Source of the DNA: an uncultured Collinsella sp.
Lineage (GTDB): Bacteria > Actinomycetota > Coriobacteriia > Coriobacteriales > Coriobacteriaceae
Direction of reading: 5' to 3'
Length of the DNA: 64,000 bases
Assembly (NCBI GenBank): GCA_900552895.1
Contig: USBK01000003.1
Coordinates: forward strand, 3,867-67,866
Shown: one piece after another, positions 19,970-32,947 of the stretch
Layout: every line of letters starts with the position of its first letter
Position numbering within the stretch: the first letter of the stretch is position 1
Translations under genes and position numbers: made by a program
The notes under the pieces: model-generated
Databases searched by the model: none
What the model was told of the DNA's origin: nothing
Seen by the model: only the letters and a program-made list of their open reading frames with translations

Positions 19970-20222
19970 GATGTTCCTTTCGATGTACGGCGCGCACTGG
20001 CGCGTGATTGCCAAATGTGCTGGTCATGAGCCGGTTTTGGATTGGTTATCGGAGGCACTGCTTGGGTCACAAGCAATTCCAAAACCGGCTGCGCGACCAG
20101 TCGTGTAGGAAATGCCGGGCAAAACCGGAATGGGACTAGTGGTTTTGCCCGACCGGAGGAATCGGGGAGCGGGCCGCAGAGGTATGGGTATGGAAAGCTG
20201 CGGCCCGCGGAATGGGGACGGT

Positions 20223-21257
20223 TTAGCGCGCGACGCGAGTGCCACCGTCGGCGGCGGATGCCACGGCTGCGATCTCGTCTGCGGTCACCAGGTTGGAATC
20301 GCCCTTGATGGTGAGCTTGAGGATCGAGGCCGCAATCGCGTAGTTGACGGCGTCCTGCGGGTCAAAGTCGTTGATGAGGGCATGGACGAGGCCGGCGTTG
20401 AAAGCGTCGCCGGCGGCAACGCCCTCGAGCACGTGCACGTCGTGAGCAGGGGAGAACCAGTGCTCGCCGCTCTCGGCGTCAAAGAGCATGCCCATCCAAA
20501 TGGAGCGCTCGACGCAGGAGATGTTGCGGACGACCGAGGCGACCTTCTTGCAACCGTACTCGGCGCAGATCTGACGGGCCATCTCGACGTAGGTGTCGCG
20601 CTCCTCGATGCCGTGGGCAAGGGAGCCGGAGACGCAGGTCATACCGAGACCGGCAGGAGCGTCCTCGTCGTTGGCGATGCAGATGTCGACGAGCGGCAGG
20701 AGCTCCTTCATGGTGGCCTGCGACTTCTCGGGCGACCACATCTTGCCGCGATAGTTCACGTCGCAAACGGTGGTGATGCCCTTGGCGCGGCAGGCGGTGA
20801 GGGCATCCTTGCAGGCGGCGGCCATCTCGTCGGAGACGGCGGGCGTCACGCCGGAGAAGTAGAAGACATCGACACCCTTGAGGATCTCGTCCCAGTCAAA
20901 GACGTCGCGCTTGGCCATGTTGATGGCAGAGTACTTGCGGTCGTAGACGCAGCCGTTGCCGCGCTGCGAGGCGCCGACCTCAAACACATAGGAACCAAGA
21001 CGGTCGCCCTGGCGCACGACGCGCGAGGTATCGACGTCGTAGACCTTCAGCGAACGTAGGGCGCACTCGCCCAGACGGTTGACCGGGACAACGGAGACGT
21101 AAGCTGCCTTGTCACCCTGGTAGGCCAGGGAAAGCGCGGTGTTGGCTTCGGCGCCGCCGTAGCGAACATCAAACTCGGTCGCCTGCTCAATGCGCAGATG
21201 ATCTTTGGGCGAGAGCCTCATCATGATCTCGCCGAAGGTAAGAACCGTTTTACCCAT
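20223..21257 (-). CDS. kdgK: PfkB-family sugar kinase, probable 2-keto-3-deoxygluconate kinase
   Basis: FGEIMMRL, GGAEAN, DVNYR, AGDAFNAG; upstream of eda. Confidence 0.85.
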   Translation of the reverse strand: MGKTVLTFGEIMMRLSPKDHLRIEQATEFDVRYGGAEANTALSLAYQGDKAAYVSVVPVNRLGECALRSLKVYDVDTSRVVRQGDRLGSYVFEVGASQRGNGCVYDRKYSAINMAKRDVFDWDEILKGVDVFYFSGVTPAVSDEMAAACKDALTACRAKGITTVCDVNYRGKMWSPEKSQATMKELLPLVDICIANDEDAPAGLGMTCVSGSLAHGIEERDTYVEMARQICAEYGCKKVASVVRNISCVERSIWMGMLFDAESGEHWFSPAHDVHVLEGVAAGDAFNAGLVHALINDFDPQDAVNYAIAASILKLTIKGDSNLVTADEIAAVASAADGGTRVAR

Positions 21258-21362
21258 GGTCGCGCAGCTCCTTCTTGCTCGTGCGTACACCTTTGATATG
21301 GCGTTGGCACGGAGGTGCCAAGACGGTAGGGTGCATCTTTGCACCTCCGTGCCAACGCTTGC

Positions 21363-21389
21363 CGAAATCGGTTTACGAAATCGGTTTCG
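21363..21389. promoter_or_regulatory. Tandem LacI-type (KdgR-like) operators
   Basis: CGAAATCGGTTTA then CGAAATCGGTTTCG, between divergent kdgK and the LacI gene. Confidence 0.7.
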
Positions 21390-21492
21390 TTTCGACTTGT
21401 AGTATACTCACCTACAACGTTTTGCAAGCGAGATTTTTAAAAAAATGCCTAAAATGGCTCAGACTGCCGACAATTGGGAAACGGGGTGCGCT

Positions 21493-22515
21493 ATGGCGCA
21501 GATGAGAATCAAGGACATTGCCGCCGAGGCGGGCGTGAGTCCGGCCACGGTCTCGCGCTATCTCAATAACCGCCCCGGGCAGATGACCGAGGAAACCCGC
21601 GCTCGCATCGCGGCGGTTATCGAGCGCACCGGCTATCGTCCACGTGCCGCCGCGCGCAATCTGCGCAGCTCGCGTACCAACCTCATCGGCGTGATCTTGG
21701 CCGATATCGCCAACCCGTTCTCGAGCGCCATGCTCGAAGGGCTTTCCGCCAGTGCCGCCGCGCGCGGCTGCTCGCTCATGACGGCCATTAGCGGCAACGA
21801 CCCCGCTAAGGAAGCAGAGTCGCTCACCAGACTTATCGATGCCGGCGTGGACGGCCTGGTCGTCAACACCTGTGGCGGCAATGACGAGGCGATTGCCGCG
21901 GCTGCGGGGCGCCTGCCCGTCGTGCTGCTCGACCGCGATATTGCCGCCGGCGGTGTCGATCTGGTGACCTCCAACAACCGTGAGCTGGTCGCCGGCCTGG
22001 TAGACGCCTTGGCTGTCGCGGGCAGCGAGCGCCTGTGCCTGCTCACCGAGGCAAGCGATGACAGCCCCGTGCGTCGCGAGCGCGCCGAGGCCTTTGCCGA
22101 CGAGCTCTCGCGCCGCGGCCTTGCGGGTGAGGTCGTCACCCTGGCCGACGGTGGTGCCACGGGTGTCAGCCGTCTGGACGGAGCTATCCGTGACTATGCG
22201 GGTAAAAAGCTCGGCCTCATTGCCGTCAACGGTCTGGTCTTCCTGCGCCTGACCGAGGCGCTGGCACAGTTGGGACCTTCGTTGCCGGCTGGCCTCAAGA
22301 TTGCGACGTTTGACGATTACCCCTGGAACCACGTGCTCTTTGGCGGTGTGACCACGGCCGCGCAGGACACCCTCACCATTGCCGAGCGCGTGGTCGAGCG
22401 CCTGTCCGAGCGCATCGACGTCGTTACCACTACGGTGGGCGATGCCGCAAAGCTCGCCCCCAAGCGCATCGAGGTCCCCGGCCACATCGAACACCGCGCT
22501 TCGACCTCGCGCTAG
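21493..22515 (+). CDS. LacI-family regulator (KdgR-like)
   Basis: IKDIAAEAGVSPATVSRYLN...YRPRAAARNL. Confidence 0.93.
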   Translation: MAQMRIKDIAAEAGVSPATVSRYLNNRPGQMTEETRARIAAVIERTGYRPRAAARNLRSSRTNLIGVILADIANPFSSAMLEGLSASAAARGCSLMTAISGNDPAKEAESLTRLIDAGVDGLVVNTCGGNDEAIAAAAGRLPVVLLDRDIAAGGVDLVTSNNRELVAGLVDALAVAGSERLCLLTEASDDSPVRRERAEAFADELSRRGLAGEVVTLADGGATGVSRLDGAIRDYAGKKLGLIAVNGLVFLRLTEALAQLGPSLPAGLKIATFDDYPWNHVLFGGVTTAAQDTLTIAERVVERLSERIDVVTTTVGDAAKLAPKRIEVPGHIEHRASTSR

Positions 22516-22649
22516 CCGCTCGTTCGCAACGGCCTGCTCAAGCACGTTTTTTGAGCGCTTGATACGCTTTAACCCTGCGGAAACATTTTTCTGCGATAGT
22601 ATCTGCGATATAGACCAGTCGAAACCCGCCCGAAAGAAAGGGGAGCGAC

Positions 22650-23987
22650 ATGAACCAGCAGAACATCGATTACGTACTCCGCTCCGTAGAGCAGCGTGAC
22701 ATCCGCTTTGTGCGTCTGTGGTTTGTCGACATTCTCGGCCGCCTCAAGAACTTTGCCATTAGCCCTGAGGACCTCGAGGTCGCTTTTGAGGAGGGTATTG
22801 GCTTTGACGGCTCGGCCATCGAGGGCTTTGCCACGCCCGAGGAAGCCGACATGCTGGCGTTTCCCGATGCTTCGACCTTCCAGATTTTGCCGTGGCGTCC
22901 GAGCCATAACGGCGTCGCCCGCGTGTTCTGCGATGTATGCACTCCCGATCGCAAGCCGTTTGCCGGCGACCCGCGCGATGCCCTGCGCCGCATGTTCCGC
23001 AAGGCCGAGAAGGCTGGCTATCTGCTCAACGTGGGTGCCGAGCTGGAGTATTACTACTTCCCCGACGAGCACACTCCCGAGCCGCTCGACAACGTGGGCT
23101 ACTTCGATCTTTCGGTGAGCGATGCTGCCCGCGACCTGCGTCGCAACACGGTCCTCACGCTCGAGAAGATGTCCGTGCCCGTGGAGTACACCTTCCACGC
23201 CGCCGGTCGCTCGCAGCATGGCATGAGCCTGCGTCACGCCGAGGCCCTGAGCATGTCCGACGCTATCACCACGGCCAAACTCATCATTAAGCAGCAGGCC
23301 TACGAGAGCGGTTGCCACGCCTCCTTTATGCCCAAGCCGTTGGCGGGCGAGGACGGCAGCGCCATGTTTTTGCATCAGTCGCTGTTCGACCACGACGGCA
23401 ACAACGTCTTTTGGGGCGAGGACGACGAGAAGTACCACCTCTCCGAAATCGCCAAGCACTACATGGCCGGCATCTTGGCGCACGCGCGCGAGATCAGCGC
23501 CATCACCAACCCCACGGTCAACTCGTACAAGCGCATCACCACGGGTGGCGACTCCGTGCCGCAGTACGCCACGTGGGGCCTGCGCAACCGCGCGAGTATG
23601 GTCCGCATCCCGGTCTACAAGCCCGGCAAGCAGCTGTCCACGCGCATCGAGCTTCGTAGCCCCGACCCCATGGCCAACCCGTACCTGGTCAACGCCGTCA
23701 CGCTGGCGGCTGGTCTGGACGGCATCGAGCGCAAGCTGGAGCTCCCGCCCGAGGCCACGGCCGAGACGCTCAAGCTCACCGACCGTCAGATGGTCGAGGC
23801 CGGCTACACGCCGCTGCCGCGCTCGCTCAAAGAGGCGCTCGACGTCTTTGAGGACTCGCAGTTTATGAAGGATGCCCTCGGCGAGCACATCCACAGCTTC
23901 TTCCTCAAAAAGAAGCGCGACGAGTGGCATAAGTTTGAGTCCACGATCACCGAGTGGGAGATCAAGCACTACCTGGCGAACTCCTAA
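22650..23987 (+). CDS. Glutamine synthetase-family (GlnA2-like) protein with degenerate active site
   Basis: DIRFVRLWF, GFDGS, ELEY, FMPKP, NSYKR and RIELRSPD are retained, but HHExxxGQxE is replaced by FHAAGRSQHG and GSxMH by GSAMF. Confidence 0.9.
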   Translation: MNQQNIDYVLRSVEQRDIRFVRLWFVDILGRLKNFAISPEDLEVAFEEGIGFDGSAIEGFATPEEADMLAFPDASTFQILPWRPSHNGVARVFCDVCTPDRKPFAGDPRDALRRMFRKAEKAGYLLNVGAELEYYYFPDEHTPEPLDNVGYFDLSVSDAARDLRRNTVLTLEKMSVPVEYTFHAAGRSQHGMSLRHAEALSMSDAITTAKLIIKQQAYESGCHASFMPKPLAGEDGSAMFLHQSLFDHDGNNVFWGEDDEKYHLSEIAKHYMAGILAHAREISAITNPTVNSYKRITTGGDSVPQYATWGLRNRASMVRIPVYKPGKQLSTRIELRSPDPMANPYLVNAVTLAAGLDGIERKLELPPEATAETLKLTDRQMVEAGYTPLPRSLKEALDVFEDSQFMKDALGEHIHSFFLKKKRDEWHKFESTITEWEIKHYLANS

Positions 23988-24037
23988 TCGCGCTGGCTTG
24001 TTTCAGTACGATTGAGCTCATTTCTTTGGAGGCCGAT

Positions 24038-24700
24038 ATGTCCGATAAGAGTGCCCTGTTCATGGCGCGCACGACGCGCTTCCACGAGTTTGCCCGCAGC
24101 TTGACGACCACCCTGGGTGTCGAGGTGAGCCTGGCAACCCCCGATTCGCCGACTGCGGCGCACGACTTTGACCTGCTGATCCTCGATTCCGACGGCATCC
24201 GCAGCGACCGCATCGATCAGATTGCCAAGTGGCTTGACGATCGCGGCGGTGTCCCCATGCTGGTGATCGTCGACGATGAGGCGCTCGGTACCCTGCGCCT
24301 GCCGAATCACGCGCATGCCGACTTTGTGTGCCCCACGGCGACGCCCAACGAGCTCAAGGCTCGCGCGCAGCGCCTGATGGGCGAGGAGGAGACCGTCACC
24401 GCCGACGATGTGCTCAACATCGATAACCTCGAGATTAATCTGGCTACCTACCAGGTGACACTCGATAGCGAGCCCATTGACCTGACGCTGATGGAGTACT
24501 CGCTGCTGAGTTTTTTGGCGACGCATCCCAACCGCGCCTACAGCCGCGAGGTGCTGCTGCACCGCGTGTGGGGCTTTGAGTACTGCGGCGGCACGCGCAC
24601 CGTCGACGTGCATATCCGACGCATCCGCTCCAAGGTGGGCCCGCAGATCGCGGCGCACATCACCACCGTCCGCGGCGTGGGCTATCTGTTTAAGGACTAG
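24038..24700 (+). CDS. glnR: Orphan OmpR-family regulator, GlnR-like
   Basis: Atypical receiver domain; DBD VWGFEYCGGTRTVDVHIRRIRSK matches actinobacterial GlnR; follows the glnA-like gene. Confidence 0.75.
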   Translation: MSDKSALFMARTTRFHEFARSLTTTLGVEVSLATPDSPTAAHDFDLLILDSDGIRSDRIDQIAKWLDDRGGVPMLVIVDDEALGTLRLPNHAHADFVCPTATPNELKARAQRLMGEEETVTADDVLNIDNLEINLATYQVTLDSEPIDLTLMEYSLLSFLATHPNRAYSREVLLHRVWGFEYCGGTRTVDVHIRRIRSKVGPQIAAHITTVRGVGYLFKD

Positions 24701-24722
24701 CAAGTAAATAGAGGGCAATGTG

Positions 24723-24753
24723 AGGGTACCGGAGATTTCACCAGTACCCTTTT
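24723..24753 (+). terminator. Terminator after glnR-like gene
   Basis: AGGGTAC...GTACCCT plus T run. Confidence 0.55.
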
Positions 24754-24884
24754 CTCGTTTAGGGCGAAAAGAAGACCTTTCACCGATTAAAAGTGTGTCA
24801 GTAAAAACAATATCAAACGTATAACACTATCTAGCAAATATCATCTAGTTACCGTATCTCCCTACTACACGGATGGAGGAAGAA

Positions 24885-26009
24885 ATGCGTTATTCGAGAA
24901 AGGTGATTGTCGGATTCATAGTGTTGCTTGCCGCCCTGATGTCTCCAAGGTTGGTTTTTGGAGACGACGACTTGGTCCGTGTCACACCGCAAATAGCTGT
25001 GGAGCAAGCGCAGGCTTTCTTTGATGATGTATCGGATGAGCCGGTGACCGCTTGTGACCCAGTAAAAATGGTGAATTCCGATGGGGAATCAATCGGGTAT
25101 ATCGTTCGTGCGAAGCGGGATGACGTTAACTATGGCTACGTCGTATTTGATTCAGAGCGATCTTGGTGGATTAGCGAATACTGCTTGGCTCCGAACGCTC
25201 TTTTACCTATCGAGAGTGCAAGCGAAGAAATTGCACTCCTCGCATCCTCGGATAACGTCGTTGCGTTAAAGATTGACGAGCTAACTGTTGGCGTTGCCGA
25301 CTTAGATAAAAACATTGTTTTAGACGCAAGTGGAAAAAAAGTACCAAATAAATTGTCCTCGGGAGGCAATCGCAGCGGATCGCCGGAACATTTCGATGAC
25401 GTTTTTGTATCTGCCAAGGATTTGTATAAACAGGGATATGTTGTTGATGCGAGCAAAACGGTTTCGGGAATAATAACGCCAACGCAAACAGAAGTTATCA
25501 AAGAAACGGGGACTTATGCTTGCGCTGTTTCGGCAATGTTTGCAGTTAGCAGTCACTATGTGACTTTGAACCGCCTTAAATTGTCCGATTTATACTCGGA
25601 GCTTTGGAGGCTGTCGGGGACATGGGAAGAAGAAAAGAAATATGATCAAGCGACTGGTCTGTACTTTACTCAAGGCAAGACTTCTCCTGACAAACCCGCT
25701 CCGGCCTTAAAGGAGTTTTGTGCAAGACGAGGCAAGGAGCTTGAGACGTCATTCGTTTGGTATCCGTCATGGGATTCCTTTAGGGTGAATACCGACTCGG
25801 GGAATCTGAGTATTTTCTCTGGAAGGCTCCGGTCAAATGGCAGCGGGCACGCAATGGCAGTTGTGGGCTACGTGGCAATGCATAACACATACTCGAATGC
25901 CAAGAAGTACCTGCTTGTTGTTTGGAATGGATGGACAAACCAGCTACAGTTTCTTCCATATGACGTATCAATTTACACGTCTCACGATGGCACATATTGC
26001 AAGGGTTGA
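24885..26009 (+). CDS. Secreted papain-fold cysteine peptidase (C39/C10-like) with N-terminal prodomain
   Basis: Signal peptide; TYACAVSAM (Cys), SGHAMAVVGY (His), VVWNGW (Asn); AT-rich codons. Confidence 0.65.
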   Translation: MRYSRKVIVGFIVLLAALMSPRLVFGDDDLVRVTPQIAVEQAQAFFDDVSDEPVTACDPVKMVNSDGESIGYIVRAKRDDVNYGYVVFDSERSWWISEYCLAPNALLPIESASEEIALLASSDNVVALKIDELTVGVADLDKNIVLDASGKKVPNKLSSGGNRSGSPEHFDDVFVSAKDLYKQGYVVDASKTVSGIITPTQTEVIKETGTYACAVSAMFAVSSHYVTLNRLKLSDLYSELWRLSGTWEEEKKYDQATGLYFTQGKTSPDKPAPALKEFCARRGKELETSFVWYPSWDSFRVNTDSGNLSIFSGRLRSNGSGHAMAVVGYVAMHNTYSNAKKYLLVVWNGWTNQLQFLPYDVSIYTSHDGTYCKG

Positions 26010-26017
26010 TTGTACTC

Positions 26018-26374
26018 GTGAACGGCGACAAGTTCATTCGAAGGGCAATGCTCCTATTGGTGCTTTCCTTTGCTTTGCTCACCGCAGCGAGCTTCTTTCT
26101 GTTAAGGGCGACTAATGGGGGAGAAAACGACACGGTTGTTGCAGTCGAGGTGCGCGCTCTATCGGATGTTCATAACGGGCAATTTGAGGCGCTTATGCCA
26201 AGTGGTTGCCGTAAGAGAATCGATATGCGCCGTAAGTCAAGTTCCGGATATGTCTCAGGGTTGAAAGCAGGTGATAAATGGATTCTAGTTTTTGTGGAAG
26301 ATAAGGAACTTGACGGGACTGTTCTGTATCCCCATTCAGCTGAGAAAGTCAAATCAAGTAGACAAGGGGAATGA
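26018..26374 (+). CDS. Hypothetical membrane-anchored protein
   Basis: N-terminal hydrophobic helix; tightly packed between neighbours; start uncertain (25997/26018). Confidence 0.55.
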   Translation: MNGDKFIRRAMLLLVLSFALLTAASFFLLRATNGGENDTVVAVEVRALSDVHNGQFEALMPSGCRKRIDMRRKSSSGYVSGLKAGDKWILVFVEDKELDGTVLYPHSAEKVKSSRQGE

Positions 26375-26377
26375 AGA

Positions 26378-26962
26378 ATGATTGATAGAAAGCAGTTCTT
26401 AGGTCTGATGGCGGGGGCTCCTATTTTGATGCGAGCCGGGATGGCAGAAGCCGTGGAGTTGCCGGACGCTCAGAAGCGATTGACGCTCGTGGTCGACACG
26501 GTGGTCAGAGATGAAAATGGCAATGAAAAAACGCGAACAAGAAGCAGAGAGACTATTTTCACGCCAGAGAGCAAAACTGTGTCTGCCGACGCTATGGCCG
26601 GTGATGTCATAACAATCCAGAGGGAATCAGATGAAACGTTGCCGCTGCTTGCCAAGATTGAGCTCACAGCCGCTTATTATAACGATAAAACAGAAATTGA
26701 GATTCGTTCCGGAAAGTACTCGATAGTCCAAATCGATCCGCTTGTGATGTATGCAAACGCTTGGTATGCGCTCATGCAGAAAGATAAATATGTGATGAAC
26801 TACTTCGCAGAAGGCGAAGCATCATATGAAACGGGGTGGGGGCCAACGCCATACGACGCGGAGAAGGATAAGTGGACGTGCGGATCAGGCATGGGCGCGA
26901 CGATTACGGACTTCATTAACGATTCAACATATAGCTTTGCTATCGACTGTTATATCGAATAG
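26378..26962 (+). CDS. Hypothetical exported protein with Tat-like signal
   Basis: MIDRKQFLGLMAGAPILMRAGMAEA: RK variant of the twin-arginine motif plus AxA site; RBS AAGGGG. Confidence 0.6.
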   Translation: MIDRKQFLGLMAGAPILMRAGMAEAVELPDAQKRLTLVVDTVVRDENGNEKTRTRSRETIFTPESKTVSADAMAGDVITIQRESDETLPLLAKIELTAAYYNDKTEIEIRSGKYSIVQIDPLVMYANAWYALMQKDKYVMNYFAEGEASYETGWGPTPYDAEKDKWTCGSGMGATITDFINDSTYSFAIDCYIE

Positions 26963-27133
26963 ACATGACGGCATAAAACGAATTGGCCATAAGCATGTCA
27001 TTACTTAAGCAAAGCTGAAATCTTGGCATCTAGTGCTCGGGACTGCCCAGCTTGGGGTACAACTCAACGTGAACAATGATGGCCCGCCACATGTTTGGCG
27101 GGCCTTTGGTTATTTGACGAAAGGATCGCAGCT

Positions 27134-28597
<1,464 letters not shown>

Positions 28598-28623
28598 CGA
28601 GCTGTATCGCACATATCGAAGCC

Positions 28624-28662
28624 AGAGGGGCTGTTCCGCCAGCGCGGGACAGCCCCTCTTTT
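28624..28662 (+). terminator. Terminator after htrA
   Basis: AGAGGGGCTGTTCCGC / GCGGGACAGCCCCTCT plus T run. Confidence 0.75.
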
Positions 28663-28703
28663 CGCGATGATCCCTTGGAGACGGAGGAAAACGGATCATT
28701 TAG

Positions 28704-31076
<2,373 letters not shown>

Positions 31077-31246
31077 TGGATATCGAGAATCGCAATTGCT
31101 CGCAGGCGGAAGGGCGCGCGAGGCATTCCCAAGTGCAGGCAAAAGAGCGCTTAATGATGCGAATTTGCGTTGCCGAGCGCGAGCGCGCGGCGGGTGCATC
31201 TCGCGATGCCTTTGAGGCGTTGACCGAGTTAGAGGCGAGGCTCGGT

Positions 31247-31327
31247 CTAGCCTAGAGAGACCGGCACCGTGATCTGCGTCACGTAGGTTGCTGGGTCGTC
31301 GCTGATGATGTCGTCGATCAGGGCGAT
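31247..31327 (-). pseudogene. 3' remnant of a GyrI-like effector domain (BmrR/MerR-type regulator)
   Basis: Translates IALIDDIISDDPATYVTQITVPVSLG*, typical of the 'DPxxYxTxIxxPV' end; no 5' part. Confidence 0.55.
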
Positions 31328-31341
31328 TTTGCGTCGCCCCG

Positions 31342-32688
31342 CTACGCTACCAGTTTGTCAAAAGCCCCACGGCGGTTGAGCACGGTAAATGCAATCACGC
31401 AGATGACCGCCGACAGAATCGATCCGCACGGCGAGGCGATGCCCATGGGAAACAGCGTGTCGGAATAGGCATTCGACAGCAGCCATGCGCCGGGCACGCG
31501 AATGAGCGCCACGGCCAGCACGTTGTGCGCAAAGCCGATGTAGCTCTTGCCGTATGCAGCGAAAAAGCCGCTAAAGCAAATGTGGATGCCGGCAAAGATT
31601 GCATCGAAAATATAACTGTGCATATAGCCGGTACCGGCCGCGACCACCGCGGGGTCCTTGGCAAAAAAGCCAATAAACGCCGGCGCCACCAGCCACATCA
31701 GCACCGTGATCAGGCAGCCGTACACCACCGAGATCGTCATGGCGTCCTTGAGTACCTGACGCGCGCGGTCGCCCTTGCCCGCGCCGGCGTTTTGCGCCGT
31801 GAGCGCGCTGACGGTGGCACCCATGGAACTCGGCACAATGAATAAAAAGCTGATCATCTTTTCGACCAAGCCTACGGCGGCGGCATCGACCAGACCGCGG
31901 TGGTTGGCGATGACGGTGATGAACATAAACGCCACCTGGATGCAGCCGTCCTGCACGGCCACGGGCACGCCGATCTTAAGAATGCTGCCGAGCACCTCGG
32001 GCTGAGGGCGCAGGTCGCTGCGCTTAACGTGGATGTTCGTGCGGCGGCTCTTGAGCCACACGAGCGCGAGGGCAACGCTGGCCGTCTGGGCGATTACCGT
32101 GCCGAGCGCCGCGCCCACGGGGCCGAGCCCCATGTGGCCGATAAACAGAAAGTCGAGCGCGATATTAATGATGCACGCCACGCCGATCACGTACATGGGC
32201 GAGCGCGAATCGCCCAGGCCGCGAAAGATGGCAGAGAGGATATTGTACGCGGCGATAAACGGAATGCCGGCAAAGCAGATGCGCAGGTAGGCGGCAGTGC
32301 CTTCGACGGCTTCGGCGGGAGTGCCAATGAGCGCCACAATCTGCGGACACAGTGCGAGCAGGACAGCGGCCAGCACCACCGAGACACCCATAAAGAGCGT
32401 GATGGTGTTGCCGATGGCGGTCTCGGCTCGGTCAAACCGGCGCGAGCCCACGGCGTGGCCGACGATAACCGTCGTTCCCATGGCCAGGCCCACGAGCGTC
32501 ACGGTAATGATATAGAGCGTCTGCGCGCCATTGCCTACGGCGGTGATGCCGGCGGCGCCGCTGAACTGCCCCATCATGTACAGGTCGGCCATGCCGTAGA
32601 GCATCTGCAAAAAGTACGAGAGCATATAAGGCAGGGCAAAGACCGCGATGGTCTTAAGGACGTTGCCGCGTGTGAGGTCGTGTTCCAT
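31342..32688 (-). CDS. MATE-family efflux transporter
   Basis: DLTRGNVLK, QMLYGMADL, RGLGDSRSP, INIALD, GAALGTVIAQ. Confidence 0.95.
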   Translation of the reverse strand: MEHDLTRGNVLKTIAVFALPYMLSYFLQMLYGMADLYMMGQFSGAAGITAVGNGAQTLYIITVTLVGLAMGTTVIVGHAVGSRRFDRAETAIGNTITLFMGVSVVLAAVLLALCPQIVALIGTPAEAVEGTAAYLRICFAGIPFIAAYNILSAIFRGLGDSRSPMYVIGVACIINIALDFLFIGHMGLGPVGAALGTVIAQTASVALALVWLKSRRTNIHVKRSDLRPQPEVLGSILKIGVPVAVQDGCIQVAFMFITVIANHRGLVDAAAVGLVEKMISFLFIVPSSMGATVSALTAQNAGAGKGDRARQVLKDAMTISVVYGCLITVLMWLVAPAFIGFFAKDPAVVAAGTGYMHSYIFDAIFAGIHICFSGFFAAYGKSYIGFAHNVLAVALIRVPGAWLLSNAYSDTLFPMGIASPCGSILSAVICVIAFTVLNRRGAFDKLVA

Positions 32689-32728
32689 GGGCGGGGCTTT
32701 CTGGCTTGGTCTGTTTACGTACCAGTGT

Positions 32729-32759
32729 AGTGAAAACCCTACAACGATTGTAGAGTCAA
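32729..32759 (-). promoter_or_regulatory. MerR-type promoter/operator for the MATE gene
   Basis: TTGACT, a 19-nt spacer containing the dyad CTACAA-N3-TTGTAG, then TTCACT. Confidence 0.7.
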
Positions 32760-32878
32760 GGTTTGTGTTGGTCGTAGGGCGAAAAAGTCACGCTCGCGTT
32801 CATTTCCAATTGAATACAGGGGCGCGTCCTGTGAGCATGGCGTCTGCACTAGCCTTGCAGAAATCGATTTCGCATCAC

Positions 32879-32906
32879 TTGACACCGCCGCACGGCGCGC
32901 CATAAT
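32879..32906 (+). promoter_or_regulatory. Sigma70-type promoter for the ABC pair
   Basis: TTGACA-N16-CATAAT. Confidence 0.6.
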
Positions 32907-32947
32907 ACGTGGGTTTGCGAACAACGTTTGATGGGGGATGAACCTGC

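Noticed and set aside
22650..23987. Plain glnA call
   Set aside because: Several metal and catalytic ligands are missing, so the gene symbol is withheld.
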